From assembly GCA_043819135.1 (NCBI GenBank), contig JBDRFG010000054.1, positions 1-10,343 on the forward strand: a stretch of 10,343 nt of DNA, given 5' to 3'. The notes below the pieces were generated by a model. The model made no database searches. It saw only the letters and a program-made list of their open reading frames with translations, and had not been told where the DNA came from. Origin of the DNA: Candidatus Eiseniibacteriota bacterium. Its GTDB lineage: Bacteria > Joyebacterota > Joyebacteria > Joyebacterales > Joyebacteraceae. Shown one piece after another: positions 6,191 to 10,343 of this stretch (position 1 is the first letter of the stretch; the number at the start of each line of letters is the position of its first letter). The position numbers were made by a program, and so were the translations under genes.

Positions 6191-7110
6191 GTCCACCTGA
6201 CTCCGTCATGGGCTCGGTCCTGGCCTGCTTCCGCGACGATTGGGAGGTGGCTTTGGACTCGGGCGATGTCACTCGCTGTTCGGTGCGGGCGCGACACTTC
6301 GCCGGCATGGACAACGAGGAGAAACTGCTAGCGCCCGGTGACCGTGTCGAGGTCGTTCTGCTCGACGACGGCTCGCGGGTGATAGAGCGAAGACTCCCGA
6401 GGCAGACGGTGCTGTCGCGGCTGAAGCCTCGCATGAGGAGAGAGGTTGAACAGGTCATCGTGGCCAACGCGGAGCAGCTGGTCGCCGTGGCCTCGCTCGC
6501 GAGCCCCAAGCTGAACAGGCGCTTCCTGGACAGATACCTCGCGGTTGCCGAGGACGCGGAACTGAGGTCCGTCATAGTCCTTAACAAGGTTGACCTTGTT
6601 TCGGAGGACGTCTGGAGGCCGCACGCCACGGTCTACGAGAGAGCAGGCTACGCCGTGATTCCGACGTGCGCGCTGGACGGACGTGGGGTCGCTGAGCTCA
6701 AAGAACACCTCGGCGGCACCTTCTCGGTCTTCGCAGGACAGAGCGGCGCGGGCAAGAGTTCGCTCCTCAATGTCATCGAACCGGGATTGGGTATCAAGGT
6801 GCGCGCGGTCAGCGAAGCGACGAACAAGGGCAAGCACACGACGTCTAACGTCACCGTGTTCTCACTGGGGAACAACACGCTCGTGGCCGACACTCCCGGG
6901 TTCCGCGAGCTGGGGTTCTGGCGGGTCCATCCCGACGACCTCGACCAGCTCTTCCCGGAGTTCGCGGAGTACGTTCCGAACTGCAAGTTCACCGGGTGCA
7001 GCCATTCCCCGGAGCCGGACTGCGCCGTCAGGGCGGCGGTGGAGGCCGGTGAACTGGATGCGCAGCGCTACGACAGCTACCTGAGACTGCTTCGGGACCT
7101 CCGGCGCTGA
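6187..7110 (+). CDS. rsgA: Ribosome small subunit-dependent GTPase A
   Basis: Circularly permuted GTPase motifs NKVDL, GQSGAGKSS, GKHTT and DTPG, plus the C-terminal zinc motif CKFTGCSHSPEPDC. RBS GAGGAG at 6173-6178; ATGA overlap with the upstream remnant. Confidence 0.96.
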   Translation: MSPPDSVMGSVLACFRDDWEVALDSGDVTRCSVRARHFAGMDNEEKLLAPGDRVEVVLLDDGSRVIERRLPRQTVLSRLKPRMRREVEQVIVANAEQLVAVASLASPKLNRRFLDRYLAVAEDAELRSVIVLNKVDLVSEDVWRPHATVYERAGYAVIPTCALDGRGVAELKEHLGGTFSVFAGQSGAGKSSLLNVIEPGLGIKVRAVSEATNKGKHTTSNVTVFSLGNNTLVADTPGFRELGFWRVHPDDLDQLFPEFAEYVPNCKFTGCSHSPEPDCAVRAAVEAGELDAQRYDSYLRLLRDLRR

Positions 7111-7172
7111 GACGGTCGTCCGGGCGCCGGCCCGTTCTGGCCCGCGGACTCCAAGAAAGGAGAGACCAGCAT

Positions 7173-8393
7173 ATGCAGGCGGTTCTTCTCGAAGGCCCCG
7201 GCCGCAGCCGGTTCGGCCCCCTCACTCTTCTGCGCCCTGAGTTCGACCTCCGCTGTGGGATCCTGGAGCTGCGTGAGAAACTCGAGCGGCGGCGGTCCGA
7301 CTGGAGGGTGGCGCTTCATCCCAGACCCGAACTGATGGGTCTGGTCTCCGAGCTTCACCCCGGGAGGGGCATCGACTCACTGGGCGACGAGCCCACGCTG
7401 GCGCTCTACGGGCGGGTGATCGTGGACGACGCGCTGCTCGAAGCCGTTGAACAGGTCAAGGGCGAAGCCAGGTTGATGTCCGGATCCGAGGCCATAGGCG
7501 CGGTCGTTCGGTCAGGCGCGCGCGAACGTCTCGAGCCGGCCGGCGCCTCCGGTTGGAACATCGGCTCCCTGGGTATCGACGCGACGGTCGACGTACCGGC
7601 GCGGTTCGTGCGGTACCCGTGGGACCTGGTCGCGGCCAACGCGACTGAGATCGCGGCGGACGCGCGCGTCGCAGCCGAACTGGGAAACGTTAGGGAGGAA
7701 CTGCACAGGTGCGCCAGGCTGGAAGGCACGGAGAACATCGCGATAGGCGAGGGCAGTGAGGTGGGGCCGAGCGTTGTGCTCGATGCCAGAGAGGGTCCCA
7801 TTGTCATAGGCCGGGACGTCCGGATCATGCCGAACGCCGTAGTCATCGGTCCCGCCTTCATCGGAGACGGAAGCCTCGTGCGTGCGAACGCCTCGATCTA
7901 CGGCGGGACGTCGATAGGACCCGTGTGCAAGGTGGGGGGAGAGGTTCAGGCATCCGTCCTGCAGTCGTATTCGAACAAGCAGCACGGGGGGTTCCTCGGC
8001 CACTCCTTCGTGGGCAGCTGGGTCAATCTCGGCGCGGCGACGAACAACAGCGATCTCAAGAACAACTACGGGAACATCCGCGCAGAGCTGGACGGCGAGA
8101 GCATCGACACGGGTTCCGGCTCCGTGGGCGCGGTCATCGGAGACCACTCAAAGACAGCGATCGGGACCAGACTCAACACGGGGACGGTTGTCGGCATCTT
8201 CTGCAGCGTCTTCGCAGACGGATTCCCGCCGAAGTCGATTCCGTCCTTCTCCTGGGGCACGCCCGATGGGTTCACCCGCTACGACCTGTCCGAGGCTCTC
8301 GACACCGCATCACGTGTGATGGCGCGACGCGGGGTGACAATGACGCAAGCGCTCGAGCTTCGCATCACGGAGCTTTTCCGCGCGACCCCCTGA
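7173..8393 (+). CDS. Alternative (Bacteroidetes-type) GlmU-like protein: short nucleotidyltransferase-like N-domain plus left-handed beta-helix acetyltransferase
   Basis: N-terminal FGPLTLLRPEFDLRCGILELREK, YPWDL, hexapeptide repeats (GPIVIG, GPAFIG, GPVCKVGGEV), SNKQHGGFLGHSFVGSWVNLGA..NSDLKNNY and PPKSIPSFSWG. RBS AAGGAG. Confidence 0.85.
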   Translation: MQAVLLEGPGRSRFGPLTLLRPEFDLRCGILELREKLERRRSDWRVALHPRPELMGLVSELHPGRGIDSLGDEPTLALYGRVIVDDALLEAVEQVKGEARLMSGSEAIGAVVRSGARERLEPAGASGWNIGSLGIDATVDVPARFVRYPWDLVAANATEIAADARVAAELGNVREELHRCARLEGTENIAIGEGSEVGPSVVLDAREGPIVIGRDVRIMPNAVVIGPAFIGDGSLVRANASIYGGTSIGPVCKVGGEVQASVLQSYSNKQHGGFLGHSFVGSWVNLGAATNNSDLKNNYGNIRAELDGESIDTGSGSVGAVIGDHSKTAIGTRLNTGTVVGIFCSVFADGFPPKSIPSFSWGTPDGFTRYDLSEALDTASRVMARRGVTMTQALELRITELFRATP

Positions 8394-8425
8394 TGAAGGC
8401 TGCGACGCGGTCGCGTACAAGGGGA

Positions 8426-8457
8426 AGCCCCCCACCGGAGCTGGACAGTGGGGGGCT
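8426..8457. terminator. Stem-loop between the convergent glmU-like and PDZ genes (likely terminator, possibly bidirectional)
   Basis: AGCCCCCCAC (8426-8435) and GTGGGGGGCT (8448-8457) form a perfect 10-bp stem. A pyrimidine tract follows on the minus strand. Confidence 0.65.
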
Positions 8458-8492
8458 CGGGGGCGACTGATGGCCTGACCCTCTTGGCAAGG

Positions 8493-9518
8493 TCAGTCCT
8501 TGTCGGTTGCAAGCTCCTTCAGTTCTCTTCTGAGCTCTTCGAGCTCTCCCTGCAGTTCCTTCAACTCGGCCTTCAGTTCGGCCCGCTCCTTATCTGAGAG
8601 TTCGTCGCTCTCGAGGGCCTTGATGAAAAACTCCTTCTCGCCCAGATCGCCGATGTGGATCTTGTAGGCCTGCATGGCCTTGTCGTACTCGGACTCGGCG
8701 ACCACGGCCTGAACCGTCAGCTCGCTGCCCTTGCGGATGAGCACGATCGGAGTCTGCTTGTCGGTCTCCATCTTCGCGATGGCCTTGACGAGTTCCTCGG
8801 TGCAGCAGAGGGCCTTGCCGTCTACCTTGTAGATGATGTCTCCGGCCTTGATCCCGGCCGCCTCGGCGGGGCTGTCTTCGACGACTCCTTCGACGAGCAC
8901 GCCCTCTCCACCGGGGATCTCGAAGTATTCTGCCAAGTCTCCGCCGACGTCCTCGATGTAGACGCCGAGCCTCCCGCGGCTGCCCCAACTCGACATGCCG
9001 ATGTCGATCTCGGGAATCACAATGCGCTCGAGTCCCTTGAGACCTTCGAGACCCTTGAGACCCTCCAGGCCGTCGAAGCTGCTCCAGCTGAACGTGTTCT
9101 CCCTCTCCGCGAGGGTGGCGTTCACGGTCTTCATCTTGCCGTCACGGTAGATCTTGATCTCGACCTTCTCTCCGGGACCCTTCGACCTCACGAGCTCGAT
9201 GAAGTGGGACAGGTCCTTGCCCTTCTCGCCATCTATCGAGATGACGATGTCGCGCTCTTCAAGACCTGCCTCTTCGGCCGGGGAGTCGTCGTAGACTTCG
9301 GTGACCACGATCCCCTCGATATCATCGCCGATATCGAGCTTGCCGCGGATCTTGCTGTCGAGTTCCTGGATCCCGATCCCGAGCCATCCGCCGCCATCGT
9401 CGTCCGTCTCGATGACGACCTTGACCTCTTTCTCGCCTGCCAGCGCCTGCGCCGGCACAACGACGCACGCCGCGACCAAAGCGACGAGGACCGCTGCCGC
9501 TGCAATCCTCCAGAACAT
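8493..9518 (-). CDS. Secreted tandem PDZ-domain protein (DegP-like PDZ domains, no protease domain) with a C-terminal coiled coil
   Basis: ATG 9518 follows AGGAGG; signal peptide MFWRIAAAAVLVALVAACVVVPAQALA. Two PDZ units (GWLGIGIQEL...DSPAEEAGL..RDIVISIDG and GRLGVYIEDV...DSPAEAAGIKAGDIIYKVDG). Heptad tail ELKAELKELQGELEELRRELKEL; 341 aa. Confidence 0.9.
   Translation of the reverse strand: MFWRIAAAAVLVALVAACVVVPAQALAGEKEVKVVIETDDDGGGWLGIGIQELDSKIRGKLDIGDDIEGIVVTEVYDDSPAEEAGLEERDIVISIDGEKGKDLSHFIELVRSKGPGEKVEIKIYRDGKMKTVNATLAERENTFSWSSFDGLEGLKGLEGLKGLERIVIPEIDIGMSSWGSRGRLGVYIEDVGGDLAEYFEIPGGEGVLVEGVVEDSPAEAAGIKAGDIIYKVDGKALCCTEELVKAIAKMETDKQTPIVLIRKGSELTVQAVVAESEYDKAMQAYKIHIGDLGEKEFFIKALESDELSDKERAELKAELKELQGELEELRRELKELATDKD
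9027..9071 (-). repeat. Five tandem 9-bp units encoding GLE-GLK-GLE-GLK-GLE in the inter-PDZ linker
   Basis: Minus strand: GGCCTGGAG GGTCTCAAG GGTCTCGAA GGTCTCAAG GGACTCGAG. Confidence 0.85.
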
Positions 9519-9644
9519 CTCCCGCCTCCTTCGCCTGTTACCTCTCCCATTGGTGGGAGAGAGGGTCGGTCCCACGGTCGGTCTCCCGCTGCCGTTCGTT
9601 CCGCAGGGCTCCTACCTGCCAGTGATCTCCCTGCTCTCACTCAT

Positions 9645-9672
9645 TTCGACACCTGTGCCCCGCGATGGTTGA
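9645..9672 (-). promoter_or_regulatory. Possible ECF (sigmaE-like) promoter for the PDZ gene
   Basis: Minus strand: TCAACC, 16-bp spacer, GTCGAA, i.e. AAC in the -35 and GTC in the -10 as in many ECF promoters. I saw no sigma70-like pair in this intergenic region. Confidence 0.4.
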
Positions 9673-9743
9673 AAGCCGCGAAACCACCGATATCGGTGCT
9701 ACAGGGTGTGCTGGAATCGGCGCTCCGGGGCGTAGCAAAGGTG

Positions 9744-9772
9744 ACGGGAGCCGCGGGTTCCGCGACTCCCGT
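9744..9772 (-). terminator. Stem-loop downstream of the Yip1-like gene
   Basis: On the minus strand ACGGGAGTCGCGG-AAC-CCGCGGCTCCCGT forms a 13-bp stem. The single mismatch is a G-U pair only on this strand. It lies 27 nt after the stop. Confidence 0.65.
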
Positions 9773-9799
9773 TTTGGGTCATACGGGCATACTGCCGCC

Positions 9800-10327
9800 T
9801 CAGGAGCTGAAGGCGCCGGTCGCTGCCATGAGTCCAAAGCCCATCACGACCAGCATCATTCCGATGATGAAGAAGAGCACTACGGGGATGGCGACCACCC
9901 CGATGGCCTTTCCGCGGTCGATGCCGTAGACGTTCTCGACGCAGATGACCATCACAACGAGCAACCAGAGGCCCGCGAGGAAAGCGAGAAACGTCGGCCC
10001 GATGATAGGAATGATGGCGACCCAGGTAATCAGCGAGGCACAGAACGCCGGTACTGCCAGGCTCGTGAGCTTGCCCTTCCCACCGAAGAAGGTCGTGGCC
10101 ACGAAGTGCATGATCGCGACGACGATGAAACCGCCGATCACACGGACGAACGGGAAGACCAACAGGCCCACCGGGTTCAACGATCCGATCCCCGCGCAGA
10201 GCCCGCTGATGGCGAGGATCCCGATAGCCGGCCCGATACCCTTCTCATCAGCCGCCAGCTCCTTGATCGTGTCGGTCTTGAGCTGCGCCGCCTCCCACCC
10301 CTTCTTGATGTAGTCAACGAAGGACAT
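9800..10327 (-). CDS. Yip1-like multi-pass membrane protein
   Basis: RBS AAGGAGGA; about 5 TM segments. HFVATTFFGGKG, ITWVAIIPIIG, LW and ENVYGIDRGKAI follow the pattern of prokaryotic Yip1 proteins. Confidence 0.75.
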   Translation of the reverse strand: MSFVDYIKKGWEAAQLKTDTIKELAADEKGIGPAIGILAISGLCAGIGSLNPVGLLVFPFVRVIGGFIVVAIMHFVATTFFGGKGKLTSLAVPAFCASLITWVAIIPIIGPTFLAFLAGLWLLVVMVICVENVYGIDRGKAIGVVAIPVVLFFIIGMMLVVMGFGLMAATGAFSS

Positions 10328-10343
10328 GAGTTCCTCCTTACTC

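Noticed and set aside
8655..9929. 424-aa plus-strand ORF
   Set aside because: Antisense to the PDZ and Yip1-like genes; its apparent repeat just mirrors the GL[E/K] repeat.
1..10343. CRISPR array, tRNA/rRNA, IS element, integrase or defence system
   Set aside because: No regularly spaced repeats, cloverleaf, terminal inverted repeats with a transposase, or nuclease/recombinase motifs were seen.

Overview
GC-rich bacterial window with mostly envelope and housekeeping genes. Intact genes: a PAP2 phosphatase, a secreted two-module M16 zinc peptidase, a suhB-like inositol monophosphatase, rsgA, an alternative GlmU-like protein, a secreted tandem-PDZ protein with no protease domain, and a Yip1-like membrane protein. 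Four good sigma70-type promoters and one possible ECF-type promoter are visible. Two things stand out. (1) The window opens with the end of a protein carrying the C-terminal tail TPVEPVSWGSIKAMYR*. I recall this motif type on many unrelated secreted proteins of Ca. Eisenbacteria/Krumholzibacteriota/Latescibacterota-type genomes, and it is a candidate uncharacterised protein-sorting signal. (2) Three envelope loci within about 6 kb look hollowed out by large deletions: a GT-C glycosyltransferase cut to 123 aa, a probable beta-barrel gene reduced to its first and last codons, and a tolC...RND-permease operon collapsed into a TolC-N/AcrB-C chimera with a +1 G frameshift. In the first and third cases the promoter and the downstream gene's RBS survive. 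All family calls come from recognising motifs by eye; no searches were run.
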